This document shows positions 11,389 to 21,139 of a stretch of DNA of 64,000 bases, in pieces. Position numbers and translations under genes: made by a program. Position 1 is the first letter of the stretch; each line of letters starts with the position of its first letter. The stretch comes from Escherichia coli (GTDB taxonomy: Bacteria; Pseudomonadota; Gammaproteobacteria; Enterobacterales; Enterobacteriaceae), in the NCBI RefSeq assembly GCF_050920415.1, contig NZ_CP169309.1. One strand, 5' to 3'. Under the pieces are notes generated by a model. It was not told the origin of the DNA, did not search any database, and worked only from the letters and a program-made list of their open reading frames with translations.

Positions 11389-12166
11389 CTCAGGAACCTA
11401 TCAGATTGAGAGTTACCGTTCTACGATAAGGACCGAATCCTTATATAAAAAACATAGGTAACTCTCATGCTTCATATCCAGTATTCATGATGCTGTTTTT
11501 TTGCTGATGTTTTTACCAGAATATTCCTGATACAGACTATTAATTCAAGCTTATCTGCGACAGATTTCATTTTCTGGATATATTATGAGTGACAAATCAA
11601 ACAGGATATCGATCTGATTGAAATTTTATTTTATCTGAAGAAAAAGATTCGTGTTATTCTGTTTATTATAGCTGTTTGTATGACAATGGTGCTATTATTT
11701 CTGTACATCAATAAAGACAATATAAAGCTGAGTTACAGCCTAAAAATAAACCACACAACATCAGGCATACTTGTAAGCTGTGATAGCAATAATAACTTTG
11801 CCTGTCAGACCACAATGACTGAAGATGTTATTCAGCGAATTACGAGTTTTTTAGACCAGTACTAATGCTAAAAATTGCCTTGTCAAAAAAATGGTAGATG
11901 AATACCAACAAAACTCTGGGCAGTAATAAACAGCATTCTGATAGAGAGTGCCTGTATATAGCTGAAGTGACAATGACCGGGAAGGGAACCCGTTTTCAGG
12001 AATGGATGCCTGTCTTTTTCACTGTAAATATCCTGGCATTACTAATGCCAGGATATTTAAAGAAGAGGAGCATAACCATGACAGAACGGGGTTAAGTCAG
12101 GTTGTCCTTAGCGCTATTCGCAACTTCGTGCCGCCTTCAGGTTTATGTCCAGACTTCATATCTCTC

Positions 12167-12862
12167 TCAGCAATCCTCAATAATCAGATACACCGCTTTC
12201 ACCGGACCATGAACCCCGACGACTTTGATAAGCTCAATGTCCGCCGTTGAACTAGGACCACTGATGATGTTAATACATGACGGCATTCGTTCACCGGCCT
12301 GCGCTTTCTGATGCAATTTTTCTGCGAGTTGCGCTACACGCGGCAGGATTGTGCTTTTACGCAGGATAAAAAGAGAAGATTCCGGGAGCAGGCTCAATGA
12401 ACGCCCGCGCCCGGCGGCGGAAAAAAGAACCACGCCACCCGATTCGGTTAAACCATATTCAGCATATACGACGCCCACTTTAGCCTGCTCTGCTTGTGAT
12501 ATGTTCTCAATACCTTTCGCCGGATCCCAAACAACGGCATTGCATTCCTGCTGCAAACGTTCGCTAATCCCCAATTCCTCCAGCCTCGTGTCACCGCTAA
12601 TCACGACCGACTGCTCTCCCAGCTCTTTACACAGACATATTGCAGCTTCTGCGGCCTGCGCCTCGCTGGTCAGTTCACAGCGCGTCAACATAACATCGCT
12701 GGCAAACTGGATAAACGCGTCACAGCGCTGCTGTTGGTTAAGTTCGGTAAGCCGCTCGTTAGCATAGTTGTTAAGCGGCGCATCTTCTGCTTGCGGTTCA
12801 AGTCGCTGCGGGCGACCCAGTGCCTGAGCAACGTTACTCAAAAATTCGCTCCGATTATCCAT
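12167..12862 (-). CDS. ykgG: LutC-like lactate utilisation protein
   Basis: ORF 12167..13015 trimmed to MDNRSEF start (231 aa), overlaps ykgF stop. Confidence 0.8.
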   Translation of the reverse strand: MDNRSEFLSNVAQALGRPQRLEPQAEDAPLNNYANERLTELNQQQRCDAFIQFASDVMLTRCELTSEAQAAEAAICLCKELGEQSVVISGDTRLEELGISERLQQECNAVVWDPAKGIENISQAEQAKVGVVYAEYGLTESGGVVLFSAAGRGRSLSLLPESSLFILRKSTILPRVAQLAEKLHQKAQAGERMPSCINIISGPSSTADIELIKVVGVHGPVKAVYLIIEDC

Positions 12863-14282
12863 TCTTTTTCTCCTGCGCCTGATGTTTCTTAAACCAACTA
12901 CGGAAACTCTCTCCGTCAGCTTCAGGAAGATCGCGTGCTTCCATCCAGTCGCTAATCGCGCCAAATTTGAGTGGTGTTTTGCCGCCATTGATAAACCAGC
13001 TTGCCGCATGAGCACCAGCCATCATCCCGACTTTCCACAATCCTGGATGACTATTGGCATACGCGAACATTTTTATCGCCCGTTGCTCTGCTTTTGCGGT
13101 GATCCCTTTTTCAGCCATCACCCGACGATGACGCAAAATCAGTTTTGACAGCGGAATACGCACCGGACACACGCTGTCACAAGCTGTGCATAAAGAGCAG
13201 GCGTAGGGTAAATCTTTAAAATCTTTATAGCCGCCAAGTAACGGGGAAATCACCGCACCAATTGGCCCTGGATAAATAGAGCCATATCCATGACCGCCAA
13301 TATGGCGATATGCCGGACAAGTATTCATACAAGCCCCGCAGCGAATACAGCGCAGCACATCCCGAAATTCAGAAGCCAGCACCTCAGAACGCCCGTTATC
13401 GACAATAACCAGATGAAACTCTTCAGGACCATCAACGTGCCCCGCTTCGCGCGGTCCTGTCAGCCAGGTGTTGTATCCCGTCAAACGTGCACCAACGGCA
13501 CTGCGCGCCAGCATGGTGATCAATACATCTACCTCGGCAAACGTGGGGGCAATACGCTCCATTCCCATCACTGCAATATGCGTTTTAGGCAGCGTGGTAC
13601 ACATTCGCGCATTACCTTCATTGGTCACCAGGCATACCGAACCGGTCTCTGCCACCGCGAAATTACAGCCGGTAATACCTATTTCAGCACTGAGGAAATC
13701 TTCGCGGATTTTTTGCCGAATGAATAAGGTCATCGCTTCAGGCGTTTCCGGCCCCTCATAACCCAGACGTTCGTGTAGCACTCGACGGATCTGATGGCGA
13801 TCTTTATGAATTGCCGGGACCACAACATGAGAGGGCGGATCTTGATCCAGCTGGAGAATGTATTCACCCAGATCGGTTTCAATCACCTGAATGCCTGCAT
13901 CCTGCAACACATGATTGACACCAATCTCTTCGGTCACCATCGATTTAGATTTCACCACCTTCCGGGCATTTTTGCGTTGGGCGACCTGTAAAATGTAGCG
14001 GGTGGCGTCTTCTTTAGTTTTTGCAAAATAGACGTGACCGCCGTTTTGCGTCACTTTTTCAGAGAGCTGGTACAGATAAGCGTCGAGATTACTCAGAACA
14101 TGATCACGTATCTGGGCGGCCCGGTCGCGCCACTCCTCCCAGTGCCCTAATTCATCGACCATTTTTTGCCGATTTGCCCCAATACGCTGCTGCGCGTTTG
14201 CCACCGCTTTGCGCATGATCGGATCTTCAATTTGCTGACGGATGCGTGTCTTAAAATCTGTATTACTGGTTTTGATCGACAT
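12855..14282 (-). CDS. ykgF: LutB-like iron-sulfur oxidoreductase (two 4Fe-4S Cys clusters)
   Basis: 475 aa; CxxCxxCxxxCP motifs in translation. Confidence 0.85.
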   Translation of the reverse strand: MSIKTSNTDFKTRIRQQIEDPIMRKAVANAQQRIGANRQKMVDELGHWEEWRDRAAQIRDHVLSNLDAYLYQLSEKVTQNGGHVYFAKTKEDATRYILQVAQRKNARKVVKSKSMVTEEIGVNHVLQDAGIQVIETDLGEYILQLDQDPPSHVVVPAIHKDRHQIRRVLHERLGYEGPETPEAMTLFIRQKIREDFLSAEIGITGCNFAVAETGSVCLVTNEGNARMCTTLPKTHIAVMGMERIAPTFAEVDVLITMLARSAVGARLTGYNTWLTGPREAGHVDGPEEFHLVIVDNGRSEVLASEFRDVLRCIRCGACMNTCPAYRHIGGHGYGSIYPGPIGAVISPLLGGYKDFKDLPYACSLCTACDSVCPVRIPLSKLILRHRRVMAEKGITAKAEQRAIKMFAYANSHPGLWKVGMMAGAHAASWFINGGKTPLKFGAISDWMEARDLPEADGESFRSWFKKHQAQEKKNG

Positions 14283-14292
14283 CTTTATATCC

Positions 14293-15012
14293 TCAGCGGC
14301 TCATCAGCACTTCAGCAATATGCATCACTTTGACTTTCTGCCCTTCCCGTTGTAATCGTCCACTGATGTTCAGCAGGCAACTCACGTCAGCACCAATTAA
14401 ATACTCAGGGCGGACTTCCATCAGGTGCGAAACCTTTTCTTTCACCATCTCGCCGGATATTTCGGCCATTTTGACCGAGAACGTGCCGCCAAATCCGCAG
14501 CAGGTATCCTGTTCAGCAAAGGTCAACAGCTCCAGTCCACGCACATTTTTCAGCAGCGTAAGTGGCTCGTCCTTCACCCCCAGCTTACGGGCCAGGCTAC
14601 AAGATGGGTGATACACCGCTCTCCCTTGCAAACTGGCACCTACATCGACTACCCCTAATGTATTAACAATAAAAGAGGTGAGATCCTGCATACGCGCGGC
14701 AACCTTTTCGGCACGTGATGCCCATTCAGGCTCATCCGCCAGATACGTTGGGTAACTTTTTACGGCATAGGTACAGGAGCCAGCCGGTGAAATAATGGGA
14801 TCGTCGTTATCCTCCAGTGCGGCGATCAGATTTTTCATCCCTGGAATCGCTTCTTTGATATAACCACTATTGATCGCAGGCTGACCGCAGCATCCCTGTT
14901 TCTCCGGGAAATTTACGCGACAGCCGAGTTTTTCCAGTAGCAGCACGGAGTCTCGTGCCATTCTTGATTTCAGGGCGTCACCAATACAGGTGACAAAGAA
15001 ATTGACATTCAC
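14293..15012 (-). CDS. ykgE: LutA-like Fe-S oxidoreductase (CCG domain)
   Basis: 239 aa, Cys-rich CCG motifs. Confidence 0.85.
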   Translation of the reverse strand: MNVNFFVTCIGDALKSRMARDSVLLLEKLGCRVNFPEKQGCCGQPAINSGYIKEAIPGMKNLIAALEDNDDPIISPAGSCTYAVKSYPTYLADEPEWASRAEKVAARMQDLTSFIVNTLGVVDVGASLQGRAVYHPSCSLARKLGVKDEPLTLLKNVRGLELLTFAEQDTCCGFGGTFSVKMAEISGEMVKEKVSHLMEVRPEYLIGADVSCLLNISGRLQREGQKVKVMHIAEVLMSR

Positions 15013-15529
15013 AACTAATACTCCATTACTTCATGCCCATTTATGCCCGATGGTTCCCCCCACAAGGGGATCAATCATCAATAAATATGGCGTTCTTTTT
15101 TAATTGGCTAGCAACATACCACCCCTCATTTGTATGACAAATGATAATCTTTCATCCAAACTTCAAATGCAATAACTAATTTTATTTCTTTCGGCATCGC
15201 TCACATTTTATAGGGAAATCGACGATCATTTTGGGCATAAGAAATTCATTTAAAAAGGCCACATCCCTTATACCTATTCAGAGCTACTTATTCAGGGGTT
15301 GTTGAGATATACAATGATGGTGTACTAACAAAATCACCGGCAATAATCAGGTATCAAGTAATAGTCGGCATTTTATTTAATTAAAGCAATTTAGTTTGCG
15401 TTTTTATTTACATACTGGGCCAGCATTCTTCAAAAAAACATATAAAACACAGTTGGAAATAGAAATAGTTGAAAGGCTCACAACACCCGGAATGCTGATT
15501 ATCTTTGCTCCGATTCCTGGCGGTTTTAT

Positions 15530-16384
15530 TCAGGGTGCAAGCTGTCTGACTCTTTCCCGATATTCTCCCGGGGTACAACCAAACTCGCGGACAAACGCCT
15601 TGTGAAAAGATGATTCACTGGCATAGCCTACTGACTCAGCAATCACCACAACAGGGAACGTTTCCCGGGAAAACATCTGGGCCGCTATTTGTAGACGCAA
15701 CTTTGTTAATACAGCCAGCGGCGTGGTTCCGGAAACATCACGGAAAAGCTGGGCAAAACTTGCCCGGGACATGTGGGCGATGCTGGCCAGCGATTCGACG
15801 GTCCAGGCGTATCCTGGCATTTCCAGCATTTGCTGTATTACCGCACCAAGACGTGGATGCAGAAGCAAACTGAGAATGTTTTTCTCTGTATTAACCTGTG
15901 CAATCCACTCACGCACCGCGAGGGTAAAGAATGTAGCGCAGATCTGGCTACACAGAGCATCCACTCCCGGCATTGCCGATCTCGATTCCTGTTGTAAAAA
16001 CGGGATCGCCTCCCTCAGCCAGTTATATTCCACGCTGTGGTTAACCGGTGCTACAAACAGCGTTTCCGGCAAAGACGTTAAAAAATAACGCGCCGAATGT
16101 TGCAGTCGAAGAGTGCCACAGACAATACAGGTCGATTCATTATCGACATGACTCAGGCGATGAGCTGAATTTTGTGGTAGCAGGACCACATTTCCCGGGC
16201 GTAATGTAAAAATCTCTCCCGTCGGCATTTCCAGCTTCGCCGCTCCTTGCGTTAACGCATGCCAACGAATAACCGACAATTCCCCGGCACCATGTGGAAG
16301 TTGCCAGTCACTTCCTAACACGCAATTCTTATCGATCGTTCCTTGTGGAGCGTTAAGCATCAACAAACGGCTAAGAGCATCCAT
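15530..16384 (-). CDS. rclR: AraC-family redox-sensing regulator of reactive-chlorine response
   Basis: 284 aa, C-terminal AraC HTH, divergent from rclABC. Confidence 0.85.
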   Translation of the reverse strand: MDALSRLLMLNAPQGTIDKNCVLGSDWQLPHGAGELSVIRWHALTQGAAKLEMPTGEIFTLRPGNVVLLPQNSAHRLSHVDNESTCIVCGTLRLQHSARYFLTSLPETLFVAPVNHSVEYNWLREAIPFLQQESRSAMPGVDALCSQICATFFTLAVREWIAQVNTEKNILSLLLHPRLGAVIQQMLEMPGYAWTVESLASIAHMSRASFAQLFRDVSGTTPLAVLTKLRLQIAAQMFSRETFPVVVIAESVGYASESSFHKAFVREFGCTPGEYRERVRQLAP

Positions 16385-16609
16385 ACCAGACTCCTGAGTG
16401 GTTTTTGATTACAAACACCAACAATCTTAGACAATAATTAATCTAATACCATCAAATGGTTAATCATGATTTTTGTTTTGTGATTCTGATTAAGAAAAAG
16501 AAAATACCAGACGATAAGACAAAATATCAAGCGTTGTGAAGAAATGTTATTTGCTATTTTGCGTCTATAGTCATGATGTCAAATGAACGCGTTTCGACAG
16601 GAAATCATC
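16385..16609. promoter_or_regulatory. rclR/rclA divergent promoter region
   Basis: Intergenic between divergent genes. Confidence 0.5.
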
Positions 16610-17935
16610 ATGAATAAATATCAGGCAGTTATTATTGGTTTTGGCAAGGCTGGAAAAACATTAGCCGTCACGCTGGCAAAAGCAGGTTGGCGTGTGGCTC
16701 TCATCGAACAATCAAATGCAATGTATGGCGGGACCTGTATTAATATCGGCTGTATCCCAACCAAAACATTGGTTCATGACGCACAGCAGCACACAGATTT
16801 TGTCCGTGCCATACAGCGTAAAAATGAAGTGGTTAATTTTTTACGTAATAAGAATTATCATAATCTTGCGGATATGCCCAATATCGACGTGATCGACGGC
16901 CAGGCGGAGTTTATCAATAATCATAGCCTGCGTGTTCATCGGCCTGGGGGAAATCTGGAGATTCATGGCGAGAAAATTTTTATTAATACCGGTGCACAAG
17001 CCGTGGTTCCGCCAATTCCTGGAATTACCACCACGCCTGGTGTATATGACAGCACCGGATTACTTAATCTAAAAGAATTGCCTGGGCATTTAGGTATTTT
17101 GGGCGGCGGATATATTGGCGTTGAGTTCGCCTCTATGTTCGCTAATTTTGGCAGCAAAGTAACCATTTTAGAGGCAGCTTCGCTGTTTTTGCCTCGGGAA
17201 GATCGGGATATTGCTGATAATATCGCGACGATTTTACGCGATCAGGGCGTCGATATGATCCTCAATGCCCATGTGGAGCGAATCAGTCACCATCAAAATC
17301 AAGTGCAAGTGCATAGCGAGCACGCCCAACTGGCGGTGGATGCACTGTTAATAGCTTCCGGTCGTCAACCGGCTACCGCTTCGTTACATCCAGAAAATGC
17401 CGGTATCGCAGTAAACGAGCGCGGGGCAATTGTCGTTGACAAGCGATTACATACCACCGCAGACAATATTTGGGCGATGGGAGATGTTACCGGCGGGCTG
17501 CAATTTACTTACATATCACTGGATGATTACCGCATTGTGCGTGATGAGTTGCTGGGAGAAGGCAGACGTAGTACTGATGATCGGAAAAATGTGCCTTATT
17601 CCGTATTCATGACACCGCCCCTGTCCAAGGTTGGTATGACAGAAGAGCAAGCCAGAGAGAATGGTGCTGATATTCAGGTGGTGACATTGCCTGTAGCTGC
17701 AATTCCGCGCGCCAGAGTGATGAACGATACCCGTGGGGTATTAAAAGCAATTGTTGATAATAAAACCCAACGTATATTAGGGGCATCACTGCTGTGTGTT
17801 GACTCCCACGAGATGATCAATATAGTGAAAATGGTGATGGATGCCGGGCTGCCTTATAGCATATTACGCGATCAGATATTTACTCATCCGTCGATGAGCG
17901 AATCACTCAATGATCTATTTTCATTAGTCAAATAA
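16610..17935 (+). CDS. rclA: Pyridine nucleotide-disulfide oxidoreductase RclA
   Basis: 441 aa from MNKYQAV; GxGxxG FAD motif, CINIGC redox-active disulfide. Confidence 0.9.
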   Translation: MNKYQAVIIGFGKAGKTLAVTLAKAGWRVALIEQSNAMYGGTCINIGCIPTKTLVHDAQQHTDFVRAIQRKNEVVNFLRNKNYHNLADMPNIDVIDGQAEFINNHSLRVHRPGGNLEIHGEKIFINTGAQAVVPPIPGITTTPGVYDSTGLLNLKELPGHLGILGGGYIGVEFASMFANFGSKVTILEAASLFLPREDRDIADNIATILRDQGVDMILNAHVERISHHQNQVQVHSEHAQLAVDALLIASGRQPATASLHPENAGIAVNERGAIVVDKRLHTTADNIWAMGDVTGGLQFTYISLDDYRIVRDELLGEGRRSTDDRKNVPYSVFMTPPLSKVGMTEEQARENGADIQVVTLPVAAIPRARVMNDTRGVLKAIVDNKTQRILGASLLCVDSHEMINIVKMVMDAGLPYSILRDQIFTHPSMSESLNDLFSLVK

Positions 17936-18043
17936 ACTCAAAATCAGACGCCAGGACAAATATTCTGGCGTCTCAGAGAAAAGAATCTTATTAATTCCTT
18001 GTTATTATATAACTTCTTAATCACTTCATTGATGGTATTTTAT

Positions 18044-18280
18044 ATGTTTAAAAAACCTGTTTTATTTGCAACACTATTATCTGGCGTTATGGCATTTTCC
18101 ACCAATGCAGATGATAAAATAATTCTGAAACATATCAGCGTCTCGTCAGTATCAGCATCACCGACAGTTCTGGAGGATGCCATTGCTGATATAGCCAGAA
18201 AATATAATGCTTCATCCTGGAAAGTCACATCGATGCGAATTGATAATAATTCAACCGCAACAGCAGTATTGTATAAATAA
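18044..18280 (+). CDS. rclB: Small periplasmic protein RclB (DUF1471-like)
   Basis: 78 aa with signal peptide from MFKKPVLF. Confidence 0.75.
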   Translation: MFKKPVLFATLLSGVMAFSTNADDKIILKHISVSSVSASPTVLEDAIADIARKYNASSWKVTSMRIDNNSTATAVLYK

Positions 18281-18291
18281 GGATGTTCACA

Positions 18292-18885
18292 ATGGAAAAA
18301 TACCTGCACCTGTTAAGTCGGGGAGATAAAATTGGCCTGACATTGATTCGCCTGAGTATTGCGATTGTTTTTATGTGGATTGGGTTATTAAAGTTTGTCC
18401 CTTACGAGGCAGACAGCATTACACCATTCGTCGCAAACAGTCCACTAATGTCGTTCTTTTATGAACACCCGGAAGACTATAAACAGTATCTGACTCACGA
18501 AGGCGAATACAAACCAGAAGCAAGGGCATGGCAATCGGCCAATAATACCTATGGTTTTTCCAACGGTCTTGGCGTCGTGGAGGTGATTATTGCTCTGCTG
18601 GTTTTGGCTAATCCTGTCAATCGCTGGTTAGGTTTATTGGGAGGGCTGATGGCATTTACCACACCGTTGGTAACACTCTCATTTTTAATCACCACCCCGG
18701 AGGCATGGGTACCCGCATTGGGTGACGCTCATCATGGTTTCCCTTATTTATCTGGTGCTGGTCGCCTGGTATTGAAAGATACTCTGATGCTGGCAGGTGC
18801 TGTCATGATAATGGCAGATTCGGCGCGGGATATTCTTAAACAACGCAGTAATGAATCCAGTTCAACGTTAAAAACTGAATATTGA
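18292..18885 (+). CDS. rclC: Inner membrane protein RclC (DUF417)
   Basis: 197 aa multi-TM protein immediately after rclB. Confidence 0.8.
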   Translation: MEKYLHLLSRGDKIGLTLIRLSIAIVFMWIGLLKFVPYEADSITPFVANSPLMSFFYEHPEDYKQYLTHEGEYKPEARAWQSANNTYGFSNGLGVVEVIIALLVLANPVNRWLGLLGGLMAFTTPLVTLSFLITTPEAWVPALGDAHHGFPYLSGAGRLVLKDTLMLAGAVMIMADSARDILKQRSNESSSTLKTEY

Positions 18886-18918
18886 TAATCCGAACACTGT
18901 CTGTTGTTCACTTTTTCA

Positions 18919-18956
18919 GGCGTCAGGCTCCCTTTCTGATGATGAAGCCTGACGCC
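18919..18956. terminator. Bidirectional stem-loop between convergent rclC and aldo-keto reductase gene
   Basis: 11-bp perfect inverted repeat GGCGTCAGGCT/AGCCTGACGCC. Confidence 0.5.
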
Positions 18957-19044
18957 ATATTACCGGAGATATGACAGAGTGAAGATCAATATCACTCCCC
19001 TGTTAAAAGATTCTTGTCGTCTCAGGTAAAATAAGTGATTAATA

Positions 19045-19929
19045 TCAATCATGTATTTTTACAGCAAGACAACCACGAACAAACTTAGGATTAAAATGTT
19101 TTACCGATTCCCCAACATAACCCAAATCAAGCGAACTAATTTGCGCCATTTCTTTCTCTGTCAGTGAGAAATCCCAAATAGCAAAATTTTCTTCGATACG
19201 CTGTTGATGTGTCGATTTCGGAATAACGACCACTCCCCGTTGAATATTCCAACGCAGAATGACCTGAGAAATCGATTTTTGATGGGCATCTGCAATATTC
19301 TGAAGCAGACTATTTTCAAAGGGTTTATGTCTTCCACCGCCTAACGGAGCCCATGCTTCAGGCTGCACGTTATAATACTTCATGGTTGCCAGCGCCTCTG
19401 GTTGGGCAAAATAGGGATGCAACTCGACCTGGTTGACCATCGGTTTAACTCTTACCGTTTCACAAAAGTTTGCCAGAACATGAGGGTAGAAATTGGAAAC
19501 CCCAATCGCTTTTAATTTGCCCTCTTCATAGGCATCTTCGAGTGCACGCCACGCACTGAAATAATCGCGCATAGCCTGGTGCAATAAATAGAGGTCGAAG
19601 TATTCTAGTCCCGATTTTTTTAATGACGCTTCAATACCTGCTTTTGCCGTATCCTGATTCAACATATCCTGTACCCACAATTTAGACGTTATAAATAACT
19701 CATCTCGGGTACATAAACCTTCAGATATAGCTTCACGAACGGCTTCACCGACGGCATCTTCATTACCGTATACCGCTGCAGTGTCGATGAGTCGATAACC
19801 CGTGCGGATAGCATTCAACACTGACTGTTTGCACACGTCTTTATCGGTAACCTGAAAAACACCAAATCCCATCATCGGCATTTTCAGATTGTTACTTAAT
19901 ACGGAAAATTCCACTGTCAGTCCCTCCAT
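19045..19929 (-). CDS. Aldo-keto reductase family oxidoreductase
   Basis: 294 aa; AKR signatures (GFGVFQV, LIDTAAVYGNE, catalytic-tetrad context); start uncertain (no clear RBS). Confidence 0.8.
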   Translation of the reverse strand: MEGLTVEFSVLSNNLKMPMMGFGVFQVTDKDVCKQSVLNAIRTGYRLIDTAAVYGNEDAVGEAVREAISEGLCTRDELFITSKLWVQDMLNQDTAKAGIEASLKKSGLEYFDLYLLHQAMRDYFSAWRALEDAYEEGKLKAIGVSNFYPHVLANFCETVRVKPMVNQVELHPYFAQPEALATMKYYNVQPEAWAPLGGGRHKPFENSLLQNIADAHQKSISQVILRWNIQRGVVVIPKSTHQQRIEENFAIWDFSLTEKEMAQISSLDLGYVGESVKHFNPKFVRGCLAVKIHD

Positions 19930-20128
19930 TAGGTATGAACAATGAGTCTACGTTAAAACGTAACCTCAAATTAGTATGTGGATTTTGATATCACTTATGC
20001 AAAAAATTCATTAATAATGTAGGACTGAAACCTCTCTATTTTTGGGGCAATGAAGCAGACGCTATCAGTGCTTTTGCCTTGGGACTTGCTGTTTTTGATA
20101 CACTTAGGGCCCAGGACATAACGAAAAT

Positions 20129-21019
20129 GTGCGATATGACAAAGAATTAACGGTGAATGTGATGATCAGGCAGAAGATTCTACAGCAGCTCCTGGAGTGG
20201 ATTGAGTGCAATCTTGAGCACCCTATTTCAATCGAAGATATCGCACAGAAATCTGGCTACAGCAGGCGCAACATCCAGCTTCTGTTCCGAAATTTCATGC
20301 ATGTGCCTTTAGGAGAATACATTCGCAAACGAAGGCTTTGTCGCGCCGCCATTCTTGTCCGGCTCACCGCGAAATCTATGCTTGATATTGCACTCTCTTT
20401 GCATTTTGATTCACAGCAGTCATTCAGCCGCGAATTTAAAAAGTTATTCGGCTGCTCTCCCCGTGAATACCGCCACCGTGATTATTGGGATCTCGAAAAT
20501 ATCTTCCCTTCTTTTTTAATACGTCAACAGCAAAAGACGGAGTGTAGATTAGTCAACTTTCCTGAGACACCTATTTTTGGCAATTCATTTAAATATGATA
20601 TTGAAGTGTCGAATAAATCACCGGATGAAGAAGTCGAACTGCGACTTCATCATTTAGCCAGATGTATGAAGAATTTTAAGACGGATATCTATTTCGTCTC
20701 CACGTTTAAACCGTCAACAAAATCGGTCGATTTGCTGACAGTTGAAACTTTTGCCGGTACGGTATGTAAACAAACCGATTCAGAGATGCCGAAAGAGTGG
20801 ATAATTAACCGAGGACTGTATGCCTCTTTCCGCTATGAAGGTGAGTGGGAGCACTACCCTGAATGGGCGCGAAACCTCTATCTGATGGAATTACCTGCCA
20901 GGGGGTTAGCCAGAGTGAACGGCAGTGATATTGAGCGATTTTATTACAATGAAGATTTCGTAGAAAAGGATAGCAATGATGTTGTTTGCGAAATATTTAT
21001 CCCTGTTCGTCCGGTTTAG
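20129..21019 (+). CDS. ykgA: AraC-family transcriptional regulator with C-terminal GyrI-like effector domain (ykgA-like)
   Basis: N-terminal AraC HTH (SIEDIAQKSGYSRRNIQLLF), 296 aa; alternative start at 20162. Confidence 0.7.
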   Translation: MRYDKELTVNVMIRQKILQQLLEWIECNLEHPISIEDIAQKSGYSRRNIQLLFRNFMHVPLGEYIRKRRLCRAAILVRLTAKSMLDIALSLHFDSQQSFSREFKKLFGCSPREYRHRDYWDLENIFPSFLIRQQQKTECRLVNFPETPIFGNSFKYDIEVSNKSPDEEVELRLHHLARCMKNFKTDIYFVSTFKPSTKSVDLLTVETFAGTVCKQTDSEMPKEWIINRGLYASFRYEGEWEHYPEWARNLYLMELPARGLARVNGSDIERFYYNEDFVEKDSNDVVCEIFIPVRPV

Positions 21020-21074
21020 TTATCGCTATGTCTAAATGAATTTATAACAAGACTACTGTCAGGCAATTCAATAA

Positions 21075-21112
21075 ATAATGGCGTTGAAGATGTCAACGCC
21101 ATTATTGTTTAT
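21075..21112 (+). terminator. Intrinsic terminator between convergent ykgA and fdeC
   Basis: 13-bp stem ATAATGGCGTTGA/TCAACGCCATTAT, 5-nt loop, followed by TGTTTATT. Confidence 0.65.
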
Positions 21113-21139
21113 TAGAATGTTACTTTCATACTCTTAATA

